This document shows, piece after piece, positions 19,541 to 30,188 of a stretch of 64,000 bases of DNA (positions are counted from its first letter, which is position 1; every line of letters begins with the position of its first letter). Where the stretch lies: NCBI GenBank assembly GCA_965262615.1, contig OZ253545.1, positions 1 through 64,000 of the forward strand, in the 5' to 3' direction. The stretch is from Alphaproteobacteria bacterium (lineage in GTDB: Bacteria; Pseudomonadota; Alphaproteobacteria; GM7ARS4; G965262615). The position numbers and the translations under genes are program-made. Below the pieces are notes generated by a model that saw nothing but the letters and a program-made list of their open reading frames with translations, made no database searches and was not told the DNA's origin.

Positions 19541-20702
19541 GAGAGAGAGAAGTGGAAGAAATCACAAAAACATTCTCGGCACGACACGAGGTGGAAGAAT
19601 TCAAAGAAGTTGCCACAACAATCAACCGACACGCACCCTTATTGTGTGATGCCTTCATCAATGCCTGTGCAGCATCATCAACTGTTTCATTTTTTCGTTG
19701 AACGCGAATAAACACGGGCAACCCAAACAATTCTTGCTTGAGCACACCATCTATACCACGATTGCGATGAACTGGAATGTAATCAATGCCCGACAAATGC
19801 TTTGATGCTTCCGATGAATGATTTTTATACGCTTCCTCACCAAGTCGCAAGAGTGCCGATTCGGTCACAATGGGCTTTTTCAATCGCGCTCGCGTCAATG
19901 CTATTGCTTCATCAGAAATATCAATGCCTATTGAATTGCGATTGAGCAATTTTGCAGCAACAAGGGTCGTTCCACTGCCACAAAACGGATCTAGCACTGT
20001 ATCCCCCTCATCGGTCACAAGAGTGATGATTTGGTTCATCAACACAACAGGCTTCTGAGTCGGGTAGCCGACACGCTCCTTTGCCTTTGGATTGAGAAAT
20101 GGAATATTCCAAACATCAGAGAGAGGAACTCCCTTTTTGACTCCATTGCCAATCACAGTGCCGTGCTTCTCATCACGGGCATACACCGATTTATTGCGGA
20201 AATCCCGAGTGCGCTTTTGCATAATTTGGTCAACATTGGTTGATGAAGAATACTCACCATAGACGGGATTAAACTTGAAGTTCGCTGTTTTGGAATAGAA
20301 AAAGATCGTCTGATGAGCTGACAACATGCCCTTTTTCGAATTTGACCATCTTTTGAAATGCCAAATAATTTCAGACTGAAAACATTCAGGGGAAAACAAT
20401 CGATCCAGCAACAATCTTACGATATGAGAGGCTGACTTGTCACAATGAAAAAACAGACTTCCCGAATCTTTCAGGGTGTCTCTTGCTAAAGAAACTCTCT
20501 GAAAAATGAAATCCGCATATGATTCCGTGCTATCCCATAGATCATGAAAGGTGAATTTCTTGCCACCACTCCTTGTGATGAGATGATGAGTCCGCTGTGT
20601 GAAAAATGGCGGATCAACATAGACCAAATCAATGGAGCGCGGCTTGATCCGCCCAAGGACATCCAAGCAATCCCCCATAAAAGTTTGTGCTTTATGCTCC
20701 AC
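19491..20702 (-). CDS. Site-specific DNA methyltransferase, beta class (DPPF; probably N6-adenine)
   Basis: VYVDPPF, YPTQKP, VLDPFCGSGTT. Confidence 0.9.
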   Translation of the reverse strand: MEHKAQTFMGDCLDVLGRIKPRSIDLVYVDPPFFTQRTHHLITRSGGKKFTFHDLWDSTESYADFIFQRVSLARDTLKDSGSLFFHCDKSASHIVRLLLDRLFSPECFQSEIIWHFKRWSNSKKGMLSAHQTIFFYSKTANFKFNPVYGEYSSSTNVDQIMQKRTRDFRNKSVYARDEKHGTVIGNGVKKGVPLSDVWNIPFLNPKAKERVGYPTQKPVVLMNQIITLVTDEGDTVLDPFCGSGTTLVAAKLLNRNSIGIDISDEAIALTRARLKKPIVTESALLRLGEEAYKNHSSEASKHLSGIDYIPVHRNRGIDGVLKQELFGLPVFIRVQRKNETVDDAAQALMKASHNKGACRLIVVATSLNSSTSCRAENVFVISSTSLSLERLHTIEQETGHHIV

Positions 20703-21333
20703 CGAAATTCTCCACCGCAATCTTTTCAAGAATTTCTTTGAGATTCACCTTTGTGTATTCTTGGACATAGTTCCACGCGCCATCACCATAATAATACTCA
20801 CCTTCAACGCCTGCATAGAGTGTTTCCAGTGTTTTCTGAATTCTCTGTGCTTGTTTTCGGTTAGGATAGTAAAACATAATTCTGATGGGCTTGAATCCTG
20901 CCTCTTTTACATTCTGCATTCTCGTGTGTTCTTTGGTGATGTGGTCACCGTCGGTGGTTGCATCTCTCCACTTAATTTCAATAGCATCTCGGTCAATGAG
21001 ACAGTCAATCTCAAAGGTCTTGGGTCTGTGTCCAAGCGTATTTGGTATTTTGACGGAGCCAGAGTGAGGAAAAATTTCTAAAAAACACAATTTTGCGGCA
21101 TCTTCCAAAAAAGAGCCTGCGTATTTGTAGAGAAAGCGTCCTTTATTCTGGTAGATATCAATCAATCTTCCTTCTTTGTCGGAGATGCCAAGCACCCGAT
21201 AGATGAGATGATGGCTATGATCATCTCTCTGCATTTCTTCATCGCGCTTTTCCATGCGTTGTTTAAGCTTGACAGCATATTGATTGGCAAGGTCTCTAAT
21301 CTTGATCTCTACACCTCGTGTTGCATCAGGCAT
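20692..21333 (-). CDS. ApaLI-like type II restriction endonuclease
   Basis: LIYRVLG..EGRLIDIYQNKGRFLYKYAGSFLE, FEIDCL..AIEIKWRDATTDGDH (PD-D/ExK-type core); overlaps the MTase start. Confidence 0.82.
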   Translation of the reverse strand: MPDATRGVEIKIRDLANQYAVKLKQRMEKRDEEMQRDDHSHHLIYRVLGISDKEGRLIDIYQNKGRFLYKYAGSFLEDAAKLCFLEIFPHSGSVKIPNTLGHRPKTFEIDCLIDRDAIEIKWRDATTDGDHITKEHTRMQNVKEAGFKPIRIMFYYPNRKQAQRIQKTLETLYAGVEGEYYYGDGAWNYVQEYTKVNLKEILEKIAVENFGGA

Positions 21334-21372
21334 GACACAGCTCACCAAAAAATACTCAACTCAATCAGCTTC

Positions 21373-22353
21373 CTATCTTTTTCCAATTGCTTTTGCCTTT
21401 TGCACCATGACTTCGGCTTGTTTAATTGACGCGATGTCAATGAGTCTTCCGTCCAGCGTGACCGCGCCCTTGCCTTCTTTTTGCGCCACCTTCATGGCAT
21501 CAAGAATGCGCTGTGCCTTGGTGACTTCCTCCTCGCTGGGGGTGAAGACATCATTGGCGAGTGCCACCTGTGAGGGATGAATCGCCCACTTGCCCTCGCA
21601 TCCCAAAGTCGCCGCACGATTGGCTTGGGCGCGATAGCCATCGGAATCGTTAAAGTCACCAAAAGGACCATCAATGGGACGCAAGCCATTGGCACGCGCC
21701 GCCACCACCATGCGCGCAATGGCATAGTGCCACATATCACCCCAATGCACCTCACGCTGACCGTTGTCATCGGCATCGGTGAGCACATGGTAGTTGGGAT
21801 TGGGACCGCCGATGTTGGTGGTCTTGGCTCTGGTGGATGCCGCATAGTCCGCCACGCCAAAGTGCAACGACTCAAGGCGAGGGGATGCCGCCGCAATCTC
21901 ATGGACATTCTGCATGCCCAGCGCAGTCTCAATAATCAGCTCAAAGCCGATTTTGCCGCGCTCCAAGCCAGTGGCATCTTCCAACTGCGTCACCAGCATG
22001 TCCAACGCATAAATATCCGCCGCCGTGCCCACTTTGGGAATCATGATGAGATCCAAGCGTTTGCCCGCCTGTTCAATGACATCCACCACATCGCGATACA
22101 TGTAATGGGTGTCCAAGCCATTGATGCGCACCGACATGGTCTTGCCCTTCCACGCCATGTCATTGAGCGATTGAATAATGTTTTTGCGCGCCTGTTCTTT
22201 TTCATCGGGGGCAACGGCATCTTCCAAATCAAGAAACACCACATCCACATCGGCTTGTTCGGCTTTTTCAAAAAAACGCGGACTGCTACCAGGAACAGCC
22301 AACTCACTGCGATTGAGTCGGGCGGGGGCTTGTTCAACGATCTTAAAACTCAT
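21373..22353 (-). CDS. mcl: Malyl-CoA/beta-methylmalyl-CoA lyase (CitE family)
   Basis: PARLNRSELAVPGS, DLEDAVAP, HFGVADYAAS, IDGPFGDF, GKWAIHP; AAGGAGG RBS before MSFKIVEQ. Confidence 0.88.
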   Translation of the reverse strand: MSFKIVEQAPARLNRSELAVPGSSPRFFEKAEQADVDVVFLDLEDAVAPDEKEQARKNIIQSLNDMAWKGKTMSVRINGLDTHYMYRDVVDVIEQAGKRLDLIMIPKVGTAADIYALDMLVTQLEDATGLERGKIGFELIIETALGMQNVHEIAAASPRLESLHFGVADYAASTRAKTTNIGGPNPNYHVLTDADDNGQREVHWGDMWHYAIARMVVAARANGLRPIDGPFGDFNDSDGYRAQANRAATLGCEGKWAIHPSQVALANDVFTPSEEEVTKAQRILDAMKVAQKEGKGAVTLDGRLIDIASIKQAEVMVQKAKAIGKR

Positions 22354-22405
22354 GGCATCCTCCTTTGATGTGGAAAATTCGTCATACCATGCTTGTGTCA
22401 TCATC

Positions 22406-23320
22406 TCAAGTTTTTTTTGCCAAAGGATGATGCCTGTGCAGCGTGTCTCGCTTTCTTTGGGTGGAAACATGCGTATAAATCTGCGTGGTGGCAATATGAC
22501 GATGCCCCAGCAGCGTCTGAATAACCCGCAAATCCGCCCCTCCCTCCAACAAATGAGTGGCGAACGAATGACGCATGGCGTGCGGTGAGACATCATGAGG
22601 GTCAAGCCCCGCCTGCACCGCCAATGCTTTGAGCAATTGAAACACCCGTTGGCGCGTCATGGGCTTGGACGCGCGCCGCCTGCGAAAAATAAAATCATGC
22701 CCATCACCTCCGCACCATGTGTGCCATTGCTGCAGAGCGTGAGCGGCGGGCTCACCCATCGGCACAAGACGCTGCCTGCCGCCCTTGCCTCTGACGCTCA
22801 CCGTTGCCGATGCCACATCATAATCTCCCCAGCGCAGCGAGAGCATCTCACTCACCCGCAAGCCGCAGCCGTATAAAATCTCTACGATGGCGCGAACGCG
22901 TGCCGCATCAGGCTGACGATGAGGCATATCATCAATTGCCGCCAGCAAGGCATCCATTGTCTCCAATGACAACGCATGAGGCAAACCGCCGCGCACCAGC
23001 GGCGATGACAACAACGCCAACGCATCGCCCTCATAACCGATCTCATCTTGCAAAAAAGAAAAAAACGCTCGCAATGCCGATGCTCGCCGCGCTCTCGTGG
23101 TCGCCGCATAGCCGCGCGCCGCCAAATCATTCATGTAGTCCATCACCTGCGCGCCCGATGCCTCCTCAAGAGGCAACCGCTTCGTCTCAGACAGCCATGT
23201 GGCACAGTGGGTGACATCACGCTCATAAGCTGCTACCGTGTTGTGACCGCGTCCCGCAACACCCACAAGCATATAGGTAAACTCGCGAATGGCTCGTGTC
23301 GTGGATGAATTCATCGCCAT
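22406..23320 (-). CDS. xerD: Tyrosine recombinase XerD-like
   Basis: LYGCGLRVSE, GKGGRQRLVP, SPHAMRHSFATHLLEGGADLRVIQTLLGH, TTQIYTHV. Confidence 0.85.
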   Translation of the reverse strand: MAMNSSTTRAIREFTYMLVGVAGRGHNTVAAYERDVTHCATWLSETKRLPLEEASGAQVMDYMNDLAARGYAATTRARRASALRAFFSFLQDEIGYEGDALALLSSPLVRGGLPHALSLETMDALLAAIDDMPHRQPDAARVRAIVEILYGCGLRVSEMLSLRWGDYDVASATVSVRGKGGRQRLVPMGEPAAHALQQWHTWCGGDGHDFIFRRRRASKPMTRQRVFQLLKALAVQAGLDPHDVSPHAMRHSFATHLLEGGADLRVIQTLLGHRHIATTQIYTHVSTQRKRDTLHRHHPLAKKT

Positions 23321-23339
23321 TGTTACTTACATAAGCATC

Positions 23340-24479
23340 ATGCTGATTCATGAATATCAAGGCAAGGCTTTATTGGCAACCACATCCATCACCATTCCCC
23401 CTGGTGGCGTGGCGAGCGATGCCGATGAGGCACAAAAAATTGCCAAACAACTAGGCGGCGATGCATGGATGGTGAAGGCGCAAATTCATGCGGGCGGACG
23501 CGGCTTGGCGGGCGGCATCGGCACGGCGCATAGCGTGGCAGAAGTCAAAGAACAGGCAACGCGGCTGCTCAAAACTCGCCTGCGCACCAAACAAACCGAT
23601 GCGGACGGACTCATGGTCAATCATGTGTATGTTGAAAAAAAACTGCCCATCGCTCAATCCATGTATCTGTGCATGATGATGAACCCAGCTTCTGCCTGCC
23701 TCACCTTGCTGGCGGCACACGATGGCGGTGTTCATATTGAAGATGGCGATGCCCCATTGCTGAGGGTGGATTGTCCGCCGGCAACGGCAATTCAACCCTT
23801 TCATGCCCGCCTCATTGCCGAATTGTATAAAGTGCCACACCTTGCGTCATCCCTGCTGCCGTTGCTGCAATCGCTGTATGATGTGTGTCTGCAAGAGGAC
23901 ATTCTTCAGTTGGAGATCAATCCTCTCGCCCTCACCCACAATGATGAATGGGCGGTGCTGGATTGCAAAGTCGCGCTTGATGACAATGCGGCGTTTCGTC
24001 ATGACAACTGGGCATCTCTGGTGGATGACTCCCAAAGCGCGGCGATTGATGTGATGGCGCGCCAGCTTCAATTGCGCTACATCGGTTTGGATGGCTCTAT
24101 CGGCTGCATGGTCAATGGCGCAGGACTGGCAATGGCAACCATGGATGCCCTCGTGCAGCAAGAGCTCTCTCCAGCCAACTTTCTTGATATTGGCGGCGAT
24201 GCCGATGTGAATCGTGTGCAGGCGGCGTTGCAATTGATGGTGGAGTCGGCAAAGGTGTCGCATATTTTCATCAACATTTTTGGCGGCATTGTCCATTGTG
24301 ATATGATTGCCCGCGCGCTCATCACCGCCAGCGAACGGCTGAACATCACCATTCCCATCGTGGTGCGTCTTGCGGGTGCGAAATCTGATGAGGCGCGCGC
24401 TCTTTTGCAACAATCATCTCTGACCATGCACGCCGCCACCACACTGCAAGAAGCTCTGACCGCCATCAAGGAGGCATGA
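23340..24479 (+). CDS. sucC: Succinate-CoA ligase beta subunit
   Basis: IHEYQGK, KAQIHAGGRG, EINPL, GCMVNGAGLAMATMD, ANFLDIGG, NIFGGI. Confidence 0.9.
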   Translation: MLIHEYQGKALLATTSITIPPGGVASDADEAQKIAKQLGGDAWMVKAQIHAGGRGLAGGIGTAHSVAEVKEQATRLLKTRLRTKQTDADGLMVNHVYVEKKLPIAQSMYLCMMMNPASACLTLLAAHDGGVHIEDGDAPLLRVDCPPATAIQPFHARLIAELYKVPHLASSLLPLLQSLYDVCLQEDILQLEINPLALTHNDEWAVLDCKVALDDNAAFRHDNWASLVDDSQSAAIDVMARQLQLRYIGLDGSIGCMVNGAGLAMATMDALVQQELSPANFLDIGGDADVNRVQAALQLMVESAKVSHIFINIFGGIVHCDMIARALITASERLNITIPIVVRLAGAKSDEARALLQQSSLTMHAATTLQEALTAIKEA

Positions 24480-25381
24480 TGGCAATTCTTGCCGACAAAA
24501 ATACCAAGCTGCTGTGTCAGGGTTTGACGGGCAAGCAAGCCACCATTCATGCCCAAGCCATGCTGTCGTGCGGCACGAATCTGGTGGGCGGAGTTGTTCC
24601 CAATAAGGGAGGAAGCAGTCATGTGGGCTTGCCCGTCTTCTCTACCGTGGACACGGCACGCGCCCAAACCCACGCCACCGCCAGCATCATTTTCGTGCCT
24701 CCGCCCTTTGCCGCCGATGCCATTCTTGAGGCGGCACTGGCTTCTATGGAATTGATTATTGTCATCACGGAGGGCATTCCCGTGATGGACATGATGCGGG
24801 TGCGTCACACATTGCGCGCAATGCCATCGCCGCCGACTCTCATTGGCCCCAATTGCCCTGGCATCATGACGCCTCCCACCTGTCGCATGGGCATCATGCC
24901 TCATGAGATTTTTCAAGCGGGGTCGGTTGGCGTTGTGTCTCGTTCGGGCACGCTGACCTATGAGGCGGTGTCGCAATTGAGTGCGGCGGGCATGGGACAA
25001 TCCAGCTGTGTGGGCATTGGCGGCGACCCCATCGGTGGTGCGCGCTTTGCCGATTGCTTGCGGTTATTTTTTGATGATGATGACACCGATGCCATCTTCA
25101 TGGTGGGCGAAATCGGTGGCACGGCAGAAGAAGAAGCCGCGCAATTTCTCATGTTACATGGATGTCAAAAGCCTGTCGCCGCGTTCATCGCTGGCAGCAG
25201 TGCGCCCCCTGGCAGACGCATGGGACACGCTGGCGCGATGATCTCTCAAGGACAAGGCACGGCGCGTCATAAAATGGAGCAGTTGGAAAAAGCGGGCGTG
25301 GTCATGGCATCCTCCGCCGCCACCATGAGCGATGCCATGCGTACCGCCATCGCCACCCATGATGCCTCACGCCGCCAATGA
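24476..25381 (+). CDS. sucD: Succinate-CoA ligase alpha subunit
   Basis: CQGLTG, ITEGIP, IGPNCPG, SRSGTLTYEA, GIGGDP, RMGHAGA. Confidence 0.92.
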   Translation: MMAILADKNTKLLCQGLTGKQATIHAQAMLSCGTNLVGGVVPNKGGSSHVGLPVFSTVDTARAQTHATASIIFVPPPFAADAILEAALASMELIIVITEGIPVMDMMRVRHTLRAMPSPPTLIGPNCPGIMTPPTCRMGIMPHEIFQAGSVGVVSRSGTLTYEAVSQLSAAGMGQSSCVGIGGDPIGGARFADCLRLFFDDDDTDAIFMVGEIGGTAEEEAAQFLMLHGCQKPVAAFIAGSSAPPGRRMGHAGAMISQGQGTARHKMEQLEKAGVVMASSAATMSDAMRTAIATHDASRRQ

Positions 25382-26395
25382 ATCCTTGCTGTCACCATCC
25401 AGCGATGCCCTGCCGCGCCGGTAGGTAAAGTCTGCCACAGATAAAATCGCCTGCACCCACTCGTTCGTCTCATCACCCAGCACGGCACACGACCGCCGAC
25501 ACGCCTGCCGATAGCGTTGATGAGCATGGTCAAAAGCCCAACGCAAACTTCCCAAATCACGCACCAATTGACGAACGCTGTGCCAATCTTCCTCGCTCTT
25601 GCGAGCAAACGCCTCCTCCAGTAATTGACGCTCCCGCGCCGAGCCTTGACCATAGGCATGCATCACGGGCAATGTCACCCTGCCTTGCTTGAAGTCTTCC
25701 CCCACCGCTTTGGCATCATTGTGATGTCCGCAATAATCCATCACATCATCCACCTGCTGATAAAAAATTCCCAGTGCCATGCCATACTCGCGCCACGCAA
25801 GACGCTGCTCGTCGGCAACATCAGCAATGCACGCCCCCATCTCCAGTGAGGCAGAAAACAAGCGCGCCGTTTTTGCCGCAATGATATGGTCATAAGTCTC
25901 TTGACTCAAATCCAATTGGTCAGCCGTCACCAATTGCAGTGATTCCCCTTCGGCAATGTCGGCGGCGGCATCGGATAAAATTCGCAAAATGGTCTCATTG
26001 CCATAGCGCACCACCAAATCAAAAGATTTCGCCAAAAAAAAGTCACCCACAAGAATACTGGCTTTATTGCTCCAACGGCGATGCGCGGTGATGGTGCCTC
26101 GACGGCGCGTGCTTTCATCAATGACATCATCATGCAGCAAAGTGGCGGTGTGAATAATTTCCACAGCAGAGGCTAAAAAACGATGCCGATGACCCTCATA
26201 GCCACCCCAGCGTGCCGCTCCCATCAGCAACATGGGACGCAAATCCTTGCCTCGTGATGCCATCATGTGTTCTCGCACCGCAGGAATGAGCGGCACAGAC
26301 GATGACAACGCCGCACTCATAATGCGCGTCACCCATCGCCTGTCTTGCCCAGTCAGATGCCGAAAATGATGATAGTGATCTTCTGCTGAACTCAC
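25367..26395 (-). CDS. ispB: Polyprenyl diphosphate synthase (IspB-like)
   Basis: GKDLRP, HTATLLHDDVID..RRG, QQVDDVMDY; probable GTG start at 26395 with GGGAGG upstream. Confidence 0.87.
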   Translation of the reverse strand: MSSAEDHYHHFRHLTGQDRRWVTRIMSAALSSSVPLIPAVREHMMASRGKDLRPMLLMGAARWGGYEGHRHRFLASAVEIIHTATLLHDDVIDESTRRRGTITAHRRWSNKASILVGDFFLAKSFDLVVRYGNETILRILSDAAADIAEGESLQLVTADQLDLSQETYDHIIAAKTARLFSASLEMGACIADVADEQRLAWREYGMALGIFYQQVDDVMDYCGHHNDAKAVGEDFKQGRVTLPVMHAYGQGSARERQLLEEAFARKSEEDWHSVRQLVRDLGSLRWAFDHAHQRYRQACRRSCAVLGDETNEWVQAILSVADFTYRRGRASLDGDSKDSLAA

Positions 26396-26461
26396 GATTT
26401 TTCCAAATCCCTCCCATAGAGCATGGAATGACTGTGTGCTATAGTCAAGGGGGTTTTGCCT

Positions 26462-27232
26462 ATGGAGACGATTCTCATTTCTCACGATGATGCATCCTGT
26501 GACGGCATTTTGAATCATGCCATCCGATTGTATCAGCCGCGCACGGGGGCGCGATTTAATGGCGATTCCATTCTGTTGGCGGCGGCGGTGGCGGCGCGTC
26601 CTCATCAAACCGTGTTGGAATTGGGAATGGGAGTGGGCGCAGTGAGCATTGCCCTTGTGTGGCGCATGAAAAAAATGATGCGCGTCACCGGCATAGAGCG
26701 ACAGAAAATCTTGTGTGACTACGCCCGCCACAACATCATGCACAATGACATGACCCGCCAATGTCGCGTTGTGCATGGCGACATTCAAACCATGCCTGCC
26801 TGTTGTGAGCAGACGGCGTTTGACCATATCGTCACCAATCCGCCGTGGCGTGATGGGGGCGTTGAGATGCCTTCTGCCCTGCAATCGCGTCGCCAAGCCT
26901 TTCATCAGACGGATGTCTCTTTGCGTGATTGGACGCGCATTGCCTTGCGTCTGGCGGCGCGCCGCGCCACCATAACAATGATTGTGTCTTATGCCCACAA
27001 GGCGTTATTGATGTCATTGTTTGCGGATGCTGGTTTTGGCGTGACGGCACGACCTGTGCGGGCTCATCGGCATCAAGAGTCGCGGCGGCTGATTGTCAAA
27101 GCCGAGCCCGCATCATTGGGTCATGAGTGGCGAGAGCTTGAACCTTTGACTTTGCATCAAGACAATCATCATGACACCAAAGCGGCACACGATATTTTGC
27201 GTGGCGGCAAAGCCTTGTCATGGCATGACTGA
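26462..27232 (+). CDS. tRNA1(Val) A37 N6-methyltransferase-like SAM methyltransferase
   Basis: DSILLAA, VLELGMGVG, FDHIVTNPPW; divergent from ispB. Confidence 0.8.
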   Translation: METILISHDDASCDGILNHAIRLYQPRTGARFNGDSILLAAAVAARPHQTVLELGMGVGAVSIALVWRMKKMMRVTGIERQKILCDYARHNIMHNDMTRQCRVVHGDIQTMPACCEQTAFDHIVTNPPWRDGGVEMPSALQSRRQAFHQTDVSLRDWTRIALRLAARRATITMIVSYAHKALLMSLFADAGFGVTARPVRAHRHQESRRLIVKAEPASLGHEWRELEPLTLHQDNHHDTKAAHDILRGGKALSWHD

Positions 27233-27249
27233 TATTCTACTGTTGCCTC

Positions 27250-28098
27250 ATGCATCTTCAAGACATTATTGCCAGCCTCAATGATTTTTGGCGAGGCGAG
27301 CAATGCGCCCTGCTGCAACCCTATGACCTCATGATGGGTGCGGCGACTTTTCATCCCGCCACGGCTTTGCGAGCATTGGGCAAGAAGGCGTGGCGGGCGG
27401 CCTATGTGCAGGGATGCCGCCGTCCCACCGATGGACGCTATGGCGAAAATCCCAACCGATTGCAGCACTACTATCAGTATCAGGTGGTCATCAAGCCATC
27501 GCCACCCGCATTGCAAGACACATACCTCAAAAGCCTTAAACAATTGGGAATTGAGCGTGATGGACATGATATTGTTTTTGTGGAGGATGACTGGGAAAGC
27601 CCCACACTGGGCGCGAGCGGCTTGGGATGGGAGGTGCGCTGTGATGGCATGGAAATCACCCAAATGACTTACTTTCAGCAAATGGGCGGCTGGGAGTGTC
27701 ATCCCGTGACGGCGGAAATCACCTACGGCTTGGAGCGATTGGCATTGTTTTTGCAAAAAAAATCATCGGTGTTTGAGCTGCAATGGAATAAAAACCTTAC
27801 CTATGGCGATTTGTTTGCCCAAAGCGAAAAAGAAGAAAGTGATTACAATTTTCACCACAGCAACTATGGTCAGCTGCTGGAGGCATTTAGTGGACAAGAA
27901 AAACAATGCGGACACTTGCTCAGGGAAAAATTGGTGTTGCCGGCATGGGAGTGTTGTGTGCGAGCCAGTCATGTGTTTAATCTGCTGGATGCGCGCGGGG
28001 TGATTGCTGTGAGTGAGCGACACAACTACATCGGACGCATTCGCCGCTTGGCGCGTGAGGTCACCAAAACATGGTTAGAACAAGAGCCACAGACATGA
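27250..28098 (+). CDS. glyQ: Glycine-tRNA ligase alpha subunit
   Basis: RRPTDGRYGENPNRLQHYYQYQV, EDDWESPTLGASGLGWEV, EITYGLERL. Confidence 0.96.
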   Translation: MHLQDIIASLNDFWRGEQCALLQPYDLMMGAATFHPATALRALGKKAWRAAYVQGCRRPTDGRYGENPNRLQHYYQYQVVIKPSPPALQDTYLKSLKQLGIERDGHDIVFVEDDWESPTLGASGLGWEVRCDGMEITQMTYFQQMGGWECHPVTAEITYGLERLALFLQKKSSVFELQWNKNLTYGDLFAQSEKEESDYNFHHSNYGQLLEAFSGQEKQCGHLLREKLVLPAWECCVRASHVFNLLDARGVIAVSERHNYIGRIRRLAREVTKTWLEQEPQT

Positions 28099-30188
28099 AA
28101 AAGTGGATTGTGCAATTCACCCATGAGACCATGCCCGCCCGCATGCAGCCACAGGCGGAACACACCATGCGCGAGGTGGTCAAAAATGCCCTTGAGAGAC
28201 ATGGACTGTTCTATACATATGATACACTGCAAGACATAACCGTCCATGCCACACCTCACCGAATGGTTGTCATCGTAAAAAATGTTCAGGCACAGGCAAG
28301 AGAGACACTAGAAGATGGGGACTGGAAACAAGGCCCCCGCGTGGATGCGCCGCAACAGGCTTTGGATGGTTTCAAGCGGCAGAATGGCATTAAAAATTTA
28401 GATGAGGAATGTGAGAAGCGTCTCAACAATAAGGGGGTTGAGTGTTATTTTTTCTATAGAGTCCCCCCACCCCCCATTGATTGTCTGCCGCGCGTGCTGG
28501 AAGATATGTTGTTGAACATGAAGTGGCAAAAATCCATGCGCTGGGGTGAGGGGCGTTTTGCGTGGGTGCGTCCATTGCGAACAATTGAGTCGGTGTATGA
28601 CGCAAAAAAACTGCAGGGCGGTTTTTTTCTCGGCGATGACACCACCCCGCCCCAATACATGGAAACGCCTCACTCCAACACAGAGCTCTTTCTTTCCTTT
28701 GCTAAACTGGCGGCTGATGATGACTATGACCATCTGGCACGCGAGAAAAGAGAAAAATCCATCACCCAACAGGTGCGGGCGATTGCCGATAAGCATCGCC
28801 TCACATTCAAAAAAACCAATGTGACCATGATGGCGGGCTTGAGTGAGAACCCCGTCATGCTGAGCTGCCCGTTGCCCAAACTGGCACACACTCTGCCCAA
28901 TGTGGTGATTCAGGCGGTGTGTGACGCTCAATACAATGTCATCCCACTTCAAGACACAAACAACACCATCACCCATGTTGCCTTCGTGACCGACAATGCT
29001 CCGCAAAAATCTCATGCCACCATCATTGAGGGCTACGGCACTTTGCTCAAAGCGCGCCTTGCCGATGCTGATTTTTACATGAAGCGAGATCAAAAAAAGC
29101 CGTTGCAACATTATGCCGACCAATTGGCACGCATGACCTTTTTCGCCGGTATGGGCAACATGATGGACAAAACCACATACATGGCAAAAATCATCAATCA
29201 CATGACAGCCATGCCACTGGACGAAGCTGAAAAAATGACTCAGCTTGCCAAAGCCGACCTCACCACGCAGATGGTGGCAGAATTCCCCGCACTACAAGGC
29301 ATCATCGGCGCGTATTATTACAGCGAAAAAGAAAAAGAAAAGCATAACAGCGAATGGGCAGAAGCCATGCGCGACCATTATCGCCCATTCTCTATGGAGG
29401 ATGACCTGCCAGCCAGCGAGCTGGGATGTGTTCTGGCACTGGCAGACAAATTGGATACGGTGGTAAGTTTTTTTGTCGCAGGCAAATCTCCCACGGGTTC
29501 AAAAGATCCCTATGGCTTGCGCCGCGCCGCCATCGGCATCGCTCGCATTCTCATAGAACGACTGAAAACCTATTCTCTTAGGGAACTCATTAATTGCGGA
29601 ATGTCCCGAACTTTTACTGATGGTGAATTAATGACTGAAGGTCGGATAAAAATCACTCGTCCTACGGGTGAATATGCAGAAGAAATCTATCGTTTCATCG
29701 CTGAACAAATGCTCCGCTATTTAGAAAAAGAATATGATAGCCACGCTATTGTCTCCATTTTGGAAATGGAGCAATCAATGACTGTTGCAGAACAAATGGA
29801 ACGCAGCTATGCCTTAAGTGATTTGTTGAGAAAAGATTATGATTTAAATTTTAGAAATGTGTATTCGCGAGCGAATCACTTCGCAAAAGAAGGTGCATCG
29901 CAAGAATACGACTCCAACCTTTGCCAAGAAAAAACCGAGCAAGCGGTCTATGTCCAATGGCAAAAAGCCAGAGGCGAGAAAGAGTTTGCTTCTCGCCTGC
30001 AAGGATTTGAAGGCTTGCACAAACCTTTGGAGATTTTTTGTGCCACCGTCAAAGTGCTTGATGATGACGAAAAAATACGAGCCAACCGCATCGCCTTGAT
30101 GGACGGCATCAAAAAAGACTTTGATGAATTGTGTGACATGGAAAGATTTCTTAACCTCACCGCCGCTCCATCTATGTGGTCACGATGA
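28095..30188 (+). CDS. glyS: Glycine-tRNA ligase beta subunit
   Basis: ETMPA, TPHR, KSMRWG, KADLTTQMVAEFPALQG, PTGSKDPYGLRR, IRANRIAL. Confidence 0.93.
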   Translation: MKKWIVQFTHETMPARMQPQAEHTMREVVKNALERHGLFYTYDTLQDITVHATPHRMVVIVKNVQAQARETLEDGDWKQGPRVDAPQQALDGFKRQNGIKNLDEECEKRLNNKGVECYFFYRVPPPPIDCLPRVLEDMLLNMKWQKSMRWGEGRFAWVRPLRTIESVYDAKKLQGGFFLGDDTTPPQYMETPHSNTELFLSFAKLAADDDYDHLAREKREKSITQQVRAIADKHRLTFKKTNVTMMAGLSENPVMLSCPLPKLAHTLPNVVIQAVCDAQYNVIPLQDTNNTITHVAFVTDNAPQKSHATIIEGYGTLLKARLADADFYMKRDQKKPLQHYADQLARMTFFAGMGNMMDKTTYMAKIINHMTAMPLDEAEKMTQLAKADLTTQMVAEFPALQGIIGAYYYSEKEKEKHNSEWAEAMRDHYRPFSMEDDLPASELGCVLALADKLDTVVSFFVAGKSPTGSKDPYGLRRAAIGIARILIERLKTYSLRELINCGMSRTFTDGELMTEGRIKITRPTGEYAEEIYRFIAEQMLRYLEKEYDSHAIVSILEMEQSMTVAEQMERSYALSDLLRKDYDLNFRNVYSRANHFAKEGASQEYDSNLCQEKTEQAVYVQWQKARGEKEFASRLQGFEGLHKPLEIFCATVKVLDDDEKIRANRIALMDGIKKDFDELCDMERFLNLTAAPSMWSR

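Noticed and set aside
22406-23320. Island integrase
   Set aside because: XerD signature, host-like composition, housekeeping context, about 18 kb from the att site.
23340-25381. Malate thiokinase (mtkAB), given the nearby mcl
   Set aside because: The alpha subunit has SucD-type CQG and SRSGTLTYEAV motifs; a phylogeny would settle it.
22354-26998. Long N-terminal extensions of mcl (to 22605), sucC (from 23289) and ispB (to 26998) in the ORF track
   Set aside because: They overlap real neighbouring genes, and better starts lie downstream.
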